This document shows positions 24,278 to 37,494 of a stretch of DNA of 64,000 nucleotides, in pieces. How positions within the stretch are numbered: the first letter of the stretch is position 1; each line of letters opens with the position of its first letter. Origin of the DNA: Eledone cirrhosa (Eukaryota); contig OZ024752.1 of the NCBI GenBank assembly GCA_964016885.1, positions 12,648,001-12,712,000 on the forward strand. Reading direction: 5' to 3'. A program made the position numbers and the translations under genes. The notes beneath the pieces are model-generated. The model saw only the letters and a list, made by a program, of their open reading frames with translations. It was not told the origin of the DNA and ran no database searches.

Positions 24278-26097
24278 TGTATATATATATGTATATACAC
24301 ATACACATGCATATATATATATATATATACACATGTATATATATATGTATATACACATACACATGCATATATATATATATATATACACACGTATATATAT
24401 ATGTATATACACATACGCATGCATATATATATATACATACATGCATATATATATTTGCAGTGGAATGATAGGGACCCCAGTCCCTATCCTCTCATTTCTA
24501 CAGCTGAGTAAACTGGAGCAATGTGAAATAAAGTGTCTTGCTCAAGGACATCAGCCGGTCTGAGAATTGAACTCACAACCTTTCGATTCCAAGGCCAATG
24601 CTCTAACCACTAAGCCATGTGCCTCCATATATATATATATTTATATATGCATGTGTGTGTATATATATTGTGACATCAATTTCAACATCATTGAAGGAGT
24701 TGTGGGCTTTTCTCTCTCTAACTTTTAACCCTTTAGCATTTAAGCCGGCCATATCCGGCCAGAATTCTCTCACCTCTTTCTGTTCAAACCGGCTGTAACC
24801 AGCTGCTCATACTAATGTTAAGATATTGTTCTCAAAATAAATATCAAAATCCGGTTTAAATGCTAAAGGGCTAGAGTTGTTTCTGTTTAAGTTATGGCGA
24901 TCGATGGCCATAGTTTTCTCTGTTATTATTACATTATTACGGGGTCGATAAAATAAAGTACCAGTAATACACTAGGGTCGATTTAATTGCTGGCCTTGTG
25001 CTTAAAATAGAAACAATTATTACATTAGTTACATGGTGGATTGGTAGTATCGGTAGAGTGTCGGACAACATGCTTAGCGGCATAGAGTTACGTCCCTTTA
25101 CAGTCTGAGTTCAAATTCTGCTGAGGTTAGCTTTGCCTTTCATCCTTACAGGGTCGATAAAATAAAGCACCAGTAATGCACTGGGGTCAATTTAATCGAC
25201 TTTCCCCTCCCCCCAAAATTGTTGGCCTTGTGCCTATACTAGAAATCGTTATTGAAATATCACAGGCTGTTGGATTGGCAATATTGCTAGAGTATCAGAC
25301 AACATGCTTTGGGGTATATAGTTACTTCCCTTTTTGTTCTGAGTTCAAATCTCGTCGATGTTAACTTTACCATTCATCCTTAACCTTATATTACTCTACA
25401 TATACTATTGTATTTTTGTGGCAAAAGCTTCATCTTACATAATTATCGCACATAATATCAACTCTACGAGATTTTACGGTCTGAGTTCAAATCCCACTGA
25501 GGTTAACTTTGCCTTTTATCCTTACGGGGTCAAAAAATAAAGTACCGGTAATGCACTGGGATAATTGCTTGTGTTATGCCAAAAGTAGAAACAATTATTC
25601 ATTTTGAGAACAATACCTTAACGTCAGTATGAGCAGCCAGTTATGGCTGGTTTGAACAGAAAGAGGTGAGAGAATTCTGGCAGGATATGGCCAATTTAAA
25701 TGCTAATTGGTTAAGGAGGTTAATAAAATAAAGTACCAGTAACACACTGGGATCAATTTAATTGACTTTCCTCTCCCCCCAAATTGTTGGTCTTGTGCCT
25801 AAATCACAAACAATTATTAGCTGTTAATGATTTTCTTGACTTATTCAAAACAAACGTAAATAGTTTTAAATTCAGGATACATATCACAACACAGGATACA
25901 TATCATGATAGAATCTTGTGTCATTTATTGAATATTGGTCTACCTACATTGAGATGCAGATCAATCTATATCCTTTGTCAATTTGAATAGAAAGCTTACA
26001 TAGGTTTATTTCAATGGATGCATACAAATAAACACAACAGACAGACAGACAGACAGACAGACAAATAGGCACACACACACACATATATATATATATA

Positions 26098-26303
26098 CAA
26101 TGTGCTTGCTTTTTACACAACGATGCGTTTGTGAATGCAGCACATGAAGCAAATTCTTATAATTCAAGTCGTGTGTCTCTGAGAAATTAAAAAACCCACA
26201 CGTTATAGCACGTTACTTGGTCAAAGTGAATAGTTAATATTTTTTCAAGAGGTGTTAGAGCGAATTTGTGTATTTCAAGTTTGTGTAAAAAGCGAACAGA
26301 CTG
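26098..26303. mobile_element. Probable Tc1/mariner-type MITE
   Basis: Imperfect TIRs CAATGTGCTTGCTTTTTACACA / TGTGTAAAAAGCGAACAGACTG in a TA context. Confidence 0.55.
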
Positions 26304-26487
26304 TGTATGTATATATATTGGCGTTAGGAAGGGCATCCAGCCATAGAAAACCAGTCAGAAACTCTCCTTTATGAGCGAGACACTGTCATCCGACATAACT
26401 TGCCTCTAATTGGGACAAACCCATCCAACCCATGCTAGCGTGGAAGATAGATGTTAATCGATGATGATGATATATATATATGTCACG

Positions 26488-26617
26488 TTTAATATAGAAA
26501 TGGCTTCTACAGGACTAGAACTGTTTCATTCAAAAGAAATCATCAGGAAAACTTTCCCGATGATTTCTTTTGAATGAAAAACAGTTCTGGTCCTGTCAAA
26601 GCCATTTCTATATTAAA
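26488..26617. repeat. Fold-back pair with a hammerhead motif in each arm
   Basis: 26488-26551 is the reverse complement of 26553-26617; the minus arm at 26505-26549 reads TTC-CTGATGA-TTTC tttt GAAT-GAAA-CAG...CTG-TA-GAA; the plus arm has CCGATGA. Confidence 0.88.
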
Positions 26618-26692
26618 TATGATGCTTACACTCTACTAATGTATTGAGTACCTTACTAACTGTGGTTACTTCTGATTGAACCTGGGACTCAC

Positions 26693-26857
26693 CTATACTT
26701 GTGTATGTGTGGTTCAAAGCACCTAGCCAGTATCTGGGAGATCCAGAGTTTGTTTCCACATAGCAGTCACTGGCTCTTAATGGAGCTCCAAATGGCGTCC
26801 ATGACACGTGCCATGCTTCCCACACTCTAGTTACACCTCTGCCTTTACGGGGATCAC
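26693..26857 (-). CDS. Candidate 165-nt phase 1-1 exon of an unidentified gene
   Basis: gtatcag|...ATAG|gtgagt; one open frame GDPRKGRGVTRVWEAWHVSWTPFGAPLRASDCYVETNSGSPRYWLGALNHTYTSI; weak acceptor; no homologue recognised. Confidence 0.35.
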
Positions 26858-26875
26858 CTGATACATTAATAAGAC

Positions 26876-27683
26876 AACATTGATAAAGAACCTCATGGTC
26901 AGCAGCATAGCTCCCCTAAACAAACCTGAAATATCGACATCTCCATTATCTGTTTTCAACATTGATAAAGAATCTCATAGTTGATGTATAGCTCCCCCAA
27001 ACATCCCCGAAATATTGACATCTCCTTAGAAATCTAGCCAGAAACAGTCCTATATGAGCAAGACATGGTCACCTGACCCAACTGGCCTCTAATAGGACAA
27101 CCTGTCTAACCCATGCTAGCGTGGAAAATGGATGTTAAACCATGATGATGATAATGATGATAATTGTTTCTAGTTTTGGCACAATTATCCCAGTGCATTA
27201 CTGGTATTTTATTTTATTGACCCCGTAAGGATGAAAGGCAAAGTTAACCTCGGCGGGATTTGAACTCAGACCTTAAAGGGCCGTAACTCTATGATGCAAA
27301 GCATGGTGTCAGAGCCTCTACTGATACTGCTAATCCACCGCCATGATAATGATGATAATGATGATAATGAAAGAACCTCATGGTGGGTAGCATAGCTCCC
27401 TAAATATCCCCCAAATATTGACATCTCCATTCCCTGTTTTAACATTGATAAAGAACCTCATGGTGGGTAGCATAGCTCCCTTAAATATCCCCAAAATATT
27501 GACATCCCCATTCCCTGTTTTAACATTGATAAAGAACCTCATGGTTTGTGGAATAGCTCCCCTAAATATCCCCAAAATATTGACATCTCCATTCCCTGTT
27601 TTAACGTTGATAAAGAACCTCATGGTGGGTAGCATAGCTCCCTAAATATCCACAAAATATTGACATCTCCATTCCCTGTTTTC
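26876..27683. repeat. 81-bp minisatellite (about 6 units), split by an RTE-tail and SINE insertion at ~27026-27369
   Basis: Unit AACATTGATAAAGAACCTCATGG...CCCTGTTTT starts at 27441, 27522 and 27603; diverged units at 26876 and 26958. Confidence 0.9.
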
Positions 27684-28080
27684 AATAGAAATATCTAATC
27701 GAAGATTCTACAAGCATCTACTTTGATCTATTGATCACAATGATACATATATGTTTCAATACAATAATATCGAATACTTATTCATTATCTGCCTGACAAT
27801 CAGAATAAATGACAATTGGTTGGAGTTTATTATTAATCAGTTTATTAGAGGAGTTGTGGTCAGTTCATAGTGATTTATCGAAGATCTTTAATCGAGGTTG
27901 TCTGAACATGTCAACTATAAAAGTACAACAAAACATCACATTATAAGCAAATAAGAAAAATGTAATGCAAAAACTGAACTATACCCAAGCTAGCATGGAA
28001 AAATGGACGTAAAATGGTGGTGATGATGATGATGATATATGTATATACACACAAATATATATATGTCATCATCATTATCA

Positions 28081-28121
<41 letters not shown>

Positions 28122-29045
28122 CAACACATATATATATGGAATCACATGGCTTAGTGGTTAGAGCATTGACCTTGCAATCGAAAGGTTGTGAGTTCAATTC
28201 TCAGACCGGGTGATGTGTTGTTTCCTTGAGCAAGACACTTTATTTCACATGAGAAAGGGTGAGAGGGTCGGGTAGAGGAGAGAGAGGGAGTGAGAAATGG
28301 TGAGAGGGAGGTAGAGGAGAGAGGGGGGAGTTAGGGTGAGAGAGTGGGGGAGAGGAGATAGAAGGGGTAGAGGAGAGAGAGAGTGAGGTAGAGGAGAGAG
28401 AGAGGGGGAGAGGGGGAGAAAGTGAGTGGGATAGAAGGAAAGAGAGAGACTGAGAGAGAGAAGAGGAGTGGATTAGAGGAGAGAGAGAGAGAGAGAGAGC
28501 GAGAGCGAGCCAGAGAGAAAGAAAGAAGGGTAGAGGGAGACTGGATTAGAGGGAGAGAAAGAGAGAATGGGGGGGGGGGTAGAGGGAAAGAGAGAGACAA
28601 GGAGAGTGGATTAGAGGCGAGAGAGTGGGATAGAAGAGGAGAGAGAGAGAGAGTGTGTTAACATCAAGTTAGCAAACATGTTTATACGTGAACATTAAAT
28701 ATTTATATATCTATTGGAAATGTATATTATATATTATTTACATGAATGTTATAAATGCATCTTAGTTAGTCAACCGTGAGCTTGTTAACCTTAATATTAC
28801 AATGATTAAATAAATATATGATATAATTAATTCATAGGACACAGTGTTTTATTTAGGAAAGTATATCTTATATTTCACATTTTAATGTCTGAAGTGTGAG
28901 ATTCTAGAATTTTTTTAGATAAATAGAAACATATATAATCAGTTCTGTATGAGTGAGACATTGTCTCCCGATCAATCTTGCCTCAAGTGGGACAAAACCG
29001 TCCAACCCATGCTAGCGTAGAAGATGGACGTTAAATGATGATATA

Positions 29046-29621
29046 TCATCATCATTATCATCATCATCATTTTACATCCGCTTTTCCCTGCTTGCAAGGG
29101 TGGGACGGGTCTTATTCAGCACAGCATCTCTCCACTTGTCATGGTCCTTCGTCATCTCCTCTGTGAGCTTCAGCAATCTGAGGTCTGTTCTCACCACCTC
29201 TGCCCATGTTTTTCGTGGTCTACCTCTACCACGTCTTCCTTCAACTGGCATTTCCTGGCACTTCTTCACCCAGTGGTCATCCTCCATGCGCATCACATGT
29301 ACATACCACCTCAGTCTCCTCTCTCGTACACTACATTCTATCCCTCTCAGACACAGTTTCTCTCTCAACACATTCATGCTGGGTCATTCACGCACATTGA
29401 CACTGCACATTCAACGGAGCATGCTTGCCTCATTTCTCTCCAGCCATCACATATCCTCTGCAGTTGCTGCCCATGTCTCACTACCATCCAGCATCGCGCT
29501 TCTCACACAGGCATCATATAACCGGCCTTTCGTACGCAGGGAGAAACCGTTCTTCGTCAGCAGAGGAAGCAGCTCCCTAAACTTCTTCCAACCTGTCCTT
29601 ATTCTAGATACTATAGCCTCG
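29046..29621 (-). mobile_element. RTE-clade LINE 3' fragment
   Basis: SRIRTGWKKFRELLPLL, RLYDACVRSAML.GSETW, RRLRWY.HVMRM, GRRGRGRPRKTW; (GAT)n tail. Confidence 0.92.
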
Positions 29622-30147
29622 GATATGTATATATATATATATATCATCATCATCATCATCAGGTTTAGCGTCCGTGTTCCACGCTTGCATGGGTTTGGAC
29701 GGGGGTTTTCCCACTTGAGGCAAGAGTGGTTGTCTTGCTCGCATAGGACTGTCTGGCGGGTTTTCTACAGTTGGATGCCCTTCCTAACACCAACCACATT
29801 TACAGTGTGGGGCTGGGAGGTTTTTACCGTGTTGCCTACACGGCCACATTACAGCGTGGACTGTCTGGCGGGTTTTCTACAGCTGGATGCCCTTCCTAAC
29901 ACCGACCACATTTACAGTGTGGGGCTGGGAGGTTTTTACCGTGTTGCCTACACGGCCACATTTACAGCGTGGACTGTGTGTTTTTTGTCGTGACACATAC
30001 ACGATCTCATTTGTTTCGGCCTGGATGTTGTGGGACCAACATAACTGTACATTGAAAGGGGCGGTGTGGATGGGGTGGAGGTGGTGGGACGGGGGGGGGT
30101 GTTTTGATAGAGATGCCTACTGACTGTAGTAGGTTTTTACTTTGTAT

Positions 30148-30815
30148 TTAGGTAAGGCGGGTCTTCTCTATTACTGAGTACCGCCAAAGGTCTCGGTCCA
30201 GTGACATTGTCTTGGAGAGGTGTAAGCGTGTGAGGTCGGAATTTATCAGCTCGTCCCATGTTTTTCTGGGTCTGCCTACTCCGTGGCTACCGTCTATCTT
30301 TATTGCCCTGCACTTTGTTATATAGCTGTCGTCTTTCATGCGCATCACGTGACCGTACCAACGTAGCCTTCTCTCGAGTAAACAACATCTGATCCCTCTT
30401 ATTTCTAATTTTTTCCTTAGTTCGTTTATGCTTTGCCGTTCACGTATATTACTATTGCACATCCAGCGGAGCATGCAAGCTTCGTTCCTCTCTAGTCTGC
30501 GTATATCCTCTGCACACAATGCCCAGGTCTCACTGCCATGCAGCATTGCTGTTCGTATGCAGGTATCGTATAACCTGCCTTTCATTTTTAGGGAGAACCC
30601 TCTAGCGGCTAATAGTGGTATAAGCTCTCTGAACTTTTTCCATCCAGTTCTGACTCTAGCTACTGTACTTTCAGAGCACCCTCCCCCACTGCTGATTTTG
30701 TCACCCAGGTATCGGAAGCTGTCCACTATTTCTATAGAACCCTCTGCGCAGTTGAAGGAGCTAGTATTTTGTGGGCACTTGCTGCTACTTATTGCACCAG
30801 AGCACCGGCCACATG
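30148..30815 (-). mobile_element. RTE-clade LINE 3' fragment
   Basis: DSFRYLGD, ARVRTGWKKFREL, MLHGSETW, RRLRWYGHVMRM, GRPRKTW. Confidence 0.93.
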
Positions 30816-30844
30816 TAAAATCTTTATATATATATATCTATAAA

Positions 30845-30918
<74 letters not shown>

Positions 30919-31300
30919 TATAATGTGAAGGCACATGGTTTAGTGGTTAGAGCATTGGGCTTGCAATCGAAAAGTTGTGAGACCGGGTGATGTGTTGTTT
31001 CCTTGAGCAAGACACTTTATTTCACATTGCTCCAGTTTACTCAGCTTTAGAAATGAAATGATAGGACTGGGGTCCCTATCATTCCACTGTAAAGTGGATA
31101 TGGAGGTGCCACGGAAAAAAGCACCCAGCACTCACTGTAAATGAGGTTGGTGTTAGGAAGGGCATCCAGCTGTAGAAATCAAGCCAGAATCAGTTGCTGT
31201 CCCACCCTTGCTAGCAGGGAAAAGCGGACGTATGATGATGATGATGATGATGATGATGAATGTATATTTATCTCAAATAGGAGTAGTTAAGATGGGATTA

Positions 31301-31628
31301 CCGTATTTCCTGGCGTCGAAGACCTACTTTTTTTCATAAAATAAGTGGTCGTGGAGGTGCCACGGCAAAAAAAGCACCCAGCACTCACTGTAAATGAGGT
31401 TGGTGTTAGGAAGGGCATCCAGCTGTAGAAATCAAGCCAGAATCAGTTCCCGTCCCACCCTTGCAAGCAGGGAAAAGTGGACGTAAAATGAAAATTAAAT
31501 GAAGTCTCAAAAATCTACCAAGCGTCCTGGAAGCCGAAGGTTATTTATTATTCTTTTTCAAATTTTTGCTTGTCAAAATTAGGGTGCCTCCTTGAAGACG
31601 AACCGTCTTCAGCACCGGGAAAAATGAT
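31301..31628. mobile_element. Tc2/pogo-type MITE interrupted by a SINE fragment; intact copy at 46011-46178
   Basis: TA|CCGTATTT ... AAATACGG|TA termini; the two copies align. Confidence 0.75.
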
Positions 31629-32251
31629 AATTCACTACAATTGTTTATTGTATGTTATATATTTCTGTTACATATGGTTATTCATGTGACTTCATCAGAT
31701 GCATACGCAATCATAGATGCAGTTATGTAATCATTGGGAAATGTTGATGGCCATGTATAACTATCCGATAGTGATCACAGCAGGCATATTCTGCAACTAT
31801 CATCATCACCGTTTTAAGTCCGTTCTTACACGCTAGCATGGGTTAGACGGGTTGTCCTGTTGTGGGCAGTGTCCAGTCGGCTGACCATGCCTTGCTCATA
31901 CAGGAACTGATTTGGCTTGATATCTACAGCTGGATGCCCTTCCTAACACCAACCTCATTTACAGTGAGTGCTGGGTGCTTTTTGTCCGGGGCGCCTACAC
32001 GTCAATATATATATAAAAAAAAAATAAAAGCATTGATTGATTTTCGACAAATTGGACCGAGGAAACAATGTTTCCGTAGAGTCTTTCCAGTTGTTAGTAC
32101 TATCTATCGGTCGCAACTGCAGGTAGAAGGAGCAACGTGAAATAAAGTGTCTTGCTCAAGGACATAACGCATCACCCGGTCCAGAAATCGAACTCACAAC
32201 CTCAAGATTGTGAATTCAATTCTCTAACCACTCAGCCACACGCCTTCACTA

Positions 32252-32341
<90 letters not shown>

Positions 32342-32689
32342 CTATATATATATATGTGTCTCTATATATATCATCATCACTGTTTTACGTCCGTTCTTCC
32401 ACGCTAGCATGGGTTAGACAGGTTGTCCTGTTGTGGGCAGTGTCCGGTCGGCTGACCATGCCTTGCTCATACAGGAACTGATTCTGGCTTGATATCTACA
32501 GCTGGATGCCCTTCCTAACACCTACCTCATTTACAGTGAGTGCTGGGTGCTCTTTTCCGTGGTGCCTACACATCCACTTTACAGTGTGGGCTGGGTGCTT
32601 TTTTGCCGTGGCATCTCCACGACCACTTTGCAGTGGGAGGGTGTGGGGGTATATTGTCTATATGCTTCAGCTTCGGCTTGTACCCATGG

Positions 32690-34270
32690 GGGGGTTGAGC
32701 CTTCTGTATTACTGCGTGACGCCAGAGGTCACGGTCGTGTGTCATCGGCTTTGAGAGGTGTAATTGGGTAAGGTCGGCTTTTAGCACCTCATCCCAGGTC
32801 CTCTTGCGGTTTCCATCGACTTCTAGTGCTCTGCACCTTTTTATGCAGCTGTCATCCTTCATACACATCACATGTCCATACCAACGTAACCGCCTCTCCT
32901 GCACGCAGCATTTGATTCCTCTTATGCTCAGTCTCTCTCTCAATTCGTTTATGCTTTGCTGTTCGCGTATATTTCTACACCTCTCCTACATACTGAGCAA
33001 GGCCATTTCCCTGAGGGGATCCGGGTTCTGTTTTCTCATCTACTTACAAGGACCTTAGTCTTTGTAAGGTTGACTTTGAGATCCTTTCTTTCTAAACCCT
33101 GCTTCCATGTTTGGAATTTCTTCTCTAGTTCTACCATAGATTCAGCTATGAGTGCGAGGTCATCTGCATACAGGAGTTCCCATGGGCATCCGGTCTTAAA
33201 CTCCTCCGTTATTGCCTGCAAAACTATAATGAACAGGAGAGGGCTAAGAACAGAGCCCTGGTGGAACTGTATACTAAATTCCTCACTATAGTCATTGCTA
33301 ATCCTAACTTTGCTGACTACTCCCCTATACATCGCTTGTACAGCTTTCACAAGCCATTCATCTATTCCTAGTTTTCTAAGAGCCCACCAGATTATAGCAT
33401 GGGGAACTCTGTCAAAGGCTTTCTCCAGATCAAAGAATGCCAGGTAGAGTGGCTTACTTTTAGCTAGGTACTTTTCCTGTAACTGCCTCACAAGGAAGAG
33501 GGCATCAGTGGTGCCTCTTCCTGGTACAAACCCAAGCTGCATCTCATCTAGTTTTACTCGGTCCCTAATCAACTGTGCTATAACTCTTTCTGTTACTTTC
33601 ATGACCTGGTCCATCAGCTTTATACCTCTATAGTTTCCTCTATCTAGTGCATCACGGCAGCTATACCCGATGGACCAGTTGCATTCCCTGTCTACATATC
33701 TTTGATTGCTTTACTTACTACGCTGCCACTGACTTGTACTGCTGGCCCCTCTATAGGGTCTACTTGGGGTAGGGTATCTTCTTCCCATGCATTCTCCTCA
33801 TTTAATAATCTTTCATAATGGCTCTTCCACGCATCTTTCCCCTCAGCACTTGCGAGGGCAAGCTCACCTTTATCATTTCGGATACACTTCTCTCCAATGA
33901 CATCACAATTCTCTCTGACATACTGCCTCACAATCTTGAACACCACCTGTTTCTGGTCCTCACGTTGCAAGATATGCTTGAATTTTCTATCCTCCGCTTC
34001 CCTTCTAGCTAAGTATACTTGTCGCCTAGCTTCACTCCTGGTCCCTATGTAACGTACCCTGTTTCTCCCGTTCTTCCATTCTTTCCATGCCTGTCTCTTA
34101 GCCTTAACTGCCTCATCTACCTTATTGTTCCACTACCAACTCACTCTCCTCCTGCTTGTGGTCTTACTCCAACCACAGATCTCATCCGTCGCCTTTAGTA
34201 AGTTATTTTTTAGGAGCTCCCAGTGTTCTTCTACATTGAATGTCTCTATCTCTTTACTGTCATAGGCATC
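32690..34270 (-). mobile_element. Decayed, internally deleted RTE LINE (RT region and C-terminus)
   Basis: GFVPGRGTTDA, FFDLEKAFDRVP, HQGSVLSPLLF, LLYADDL, KVNLTKTK; RRLRWYGHV at ~32880. Confidence 0.93.
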
Positions 34271-35034
34271 GAGTATAATATATTATATATATATAATATA
34301 TGTTTTATATATTTATACTCCATCGGAGCAAGCTTGCTTCATTTCTCTCCAGCCATCGCATATATATACATATATATATAAATGTATATACATGTCCAGT
34401 GCCTTTGATTGTTGATATGCAAAATAAAATAATTTCCCAAAATTCACTTCACTAAACCTTGTATTTAGCAGTCCTTTTTTCATTTACACTCGCTGGGATC
34501 AGATATGTTTTTTTTCTTTCATCCACACACTTTAGAACTTATTCAGCATCGTTGTGGACTTGGATTTTCTTTCTTGAAGTTGCTCGCACATTCTTCGGTT
34601 TGTTGTTTTTTTCGCTGCTTTTCTCTTTTCTTCCCCTTTTTCCATTTTCCCTTCTATTTTCCTTCCCTCTCTCCTCTGTTTCCCAATAACTTACCTAGTT
34701 ATTCAACGCTCTGGGGGTAGATATCTTGTCTTTAAAGCGTTGAAATATCCGAGACCCGCAGTAGACAACTGATGAAGAACCCCCTCCCCCCGTTCTTGCT
34801 TTCTTCTTGATTTTAAGCCTACCTTAACTAGCAACTACACAGCCTTCCTGTTCTCCATTTATTTTATATATATATATGTTTATCCTAGGTTCAATCGGGG
34901 GAAACCACAGTAAGTAATGGGTTTCAACCAACAGTGAACTTAGAAAGAAAAGGGCTGTAACTCTATGACGCAAAGCATGTTGTCCGAGGCTCTACGGATA
35001 TTGCTACCGATATTGCTAATCCATATATATATTT

Positions 35035-37370
35035 ATACATCTTTATTTGCTGTATTGATGCTCCCCCACGTATTCTACCTCTATACATCCATGTACTTTC
35101 TACTTCCCTTATTCGGACTTTTACTCGCGTGTACCCTCAGCACACGTCACTGGAATATTTCCCCCTGGGAACATAAATACCGCAACCCGAACTATATTGT
35201 ATTTCTCCTGTCTCTTGAACTCTACATTTACTAGACAACGACTATTGTTTGTTTATCTATATCTTCACATCTTTGTTTGCTGTATTAATGTCCTGATTTC
35301 TCCATCTTACTCCAACACCACTCTTGTTGGTTTATTTACATGTTTATACCTATATATTGATATGTTTATATATTTATACCTCTGCTGTACCAATGTGCTC
35401 TTCCACGTATTCCACTTCTATGTATCCATGTATTTCTACCCCTCACATTGGGACATGTACCCATTAGCTCTTCCACGTATTCCACTTCTATGTATCCATG
35501 TATTTCTACTCCTCACATTGGGACCTGTACCCATTAGCACACAACACTAGAATGTCTCCTCCTGAGAACAAAAATTAAACATTACACGACTATATCCCGT
35601 ACTCTACATCCCACTAGGATAAATTACAGATCTACATAATACAATTAACGTTTCTTCATAAAAGACTATTTAATTAAACCCCGCAACCCAAAACCTCATA
35701 GAAGTTATTTGAATGTCTAATCTTCAATTTTCTGTTTGTTCAATTCTCAATCCTCTTACTCCTTAGTTTCATAATGTTATTCTGAATGTTATTCTGAATG
35801 TTATTCTGAATGTTATTCTGAATGTTATTCTGAATTCTTTCAACTTCATCCGATAGAGTTAAGCAAAATTCTAAAGTTCCAACTTTCTGTCGGACCGTTG
35901 GGTGGGTTTTAGCGGCGGCGCGACCAGCTCCCTGGCGAACGGGCTCACCTGGAGTGCTTGGAAAAATAAATTCCCCTTCTTTCAGTAAATGAAAATACTC
36001 GGCGTGGCTTAATTAGCCATGGGGCCTGGGGCGCGGCCGGTGTTTTAACCGCCAAATAGTACCTTTAAATTACAGAACAAATCGGAACTATTATATATAT
36101 CAACCTGAAACTGTTGAGCTTTAAGTTTTCTAACCTCTTTAATATGGAATATTGATTATTAATTTATTAATTTTTTAACTTCATCCTATAAGTCTAAACA
36201 TTGTAACACACTGACCCCCATTATATTCACCTCTGCTAAGATGCGAGTCCCTGTGAAAATTTTGTCGCGCCACTCCTGGCCCGACTGTGGTGTGACATTA
36301 ATATCGACCTTCCTTCCTCTCTCTTTCTATCTTCCTTCTTGTAGCTATCAACCATTACTCTTTTACTCCTCTAAGCTAAATTTTAAAGTTCCAACTTTCT
36401 GTCGGACTGTTGGGTGGGTTTTAATGGCGGCGCGACCAGCTCCGTGGCGAACGAGCTCACCTAGAGTGCTTGGAAAAATAAATTTCCCCTTCTTTCAGTA
36501 AATGAAAATACTCGGCGTGGCTTAATTCGCCATGGGGCCCGGGGCGCGGCCGTTGTTTTAACCGCCAAATAGTACCTTTAAATTACAGAACAAATCGGAA
36601 CTATTATATAATTAATTGTTAAACTGTTGAACTTTAAATTTTCTAACCTCTTTAATATTGAATATTGATTATTAAATTTTTTTAACTTCATCCTAGAAGT
36701 CTAAACACTGTAAAACACTGACTCCCAATATATCCATCTCCGCTAAGATGCGGGTCCCTGTGAAAATTCTCTCGCGTCACTCCTGGCTTGACTGTGGTCT
36801 GACATTAATATCGACCTTTCTTCCTCTTCCTTTCTATCTTCCTTCTTGTAGCCATTAACCCTTACTTTTCTACTTCTCTCTTCCCTTCCTTCTCTCCTCT
36901 CCTCCTCCCTGCAGACTTATATTCCTTCCCCCTCTTGCTTGCCTATATCTGACCAGTAGTAGTTACCTTCCTCTTTTAGCTGACATTAACCCTGACTTCT
37001 CTTCTTCTTTCTTCCCCCTTCTTCTCCTTCCTTTCTTTCTTTCTTTTACCTTGTGTCATGGGATCGACGTTAACCTATGCTCCCATCTCTTTCTGTTTTC
37101 GTTCATCTGACCGGTAGTAGCATACTATAAAATTTAGCCACGTCACTCCAGGGCGACCGGCTGAGGTTGAAGGAACAGAATAGCGGTTGCCCTCGGGTCT
37201 CGATTTTCAGCCCCATGGATTTTACCTATTACATTCACGTATTATATTTCGAATACCTGATGATATCACCGGATTCATACGGAACCCGGTCATTGAAATG
37301 ATCATAGTATAATAAACCTTTCAAGGATTTACACAAATCCAGCCTCCTGTCATTTCATTATAATATTATT
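35035..37370 (+). mobile_element. About 2.3-kb non-coding element ending in a hammerhead and AATAAA, with a ~515-bp internal tandem duplication
   Basis: 35872-36371 resembles 36385-36879; smaller 72-bp and 12-bp tandems; TA-rich flanks; hammerhead at 37253-37310; 5' boundary uncertain. Confidence 0.6.
37253..37310 (+). ncRNA. Minimal type I hammerhead ribozyme
   Basis: ATAC-CTGATGA-TAT c ACCGG..TTC atacg GAA..CCGGT c ATT-GAAA-TGATCAT-A-GTAT then AATAAA; palindromic stem III. Confidence 0.88.
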
Positions 37371-37412
37371 ATATATTTATACATATATATATATAACATT
37401 GCTATGTGCATG

Positions 37413-37494
<82 letters not shown>

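Noticed and set aside
27780-27915. Minus-strand acceptor followed by a short frame (VDMFRQPRLKIFDKSL*) and AATAAA, as a possible terminal exon
   Set aside because: Too short, no upstream partner exon found, and such signals are common in AT-rich DNA
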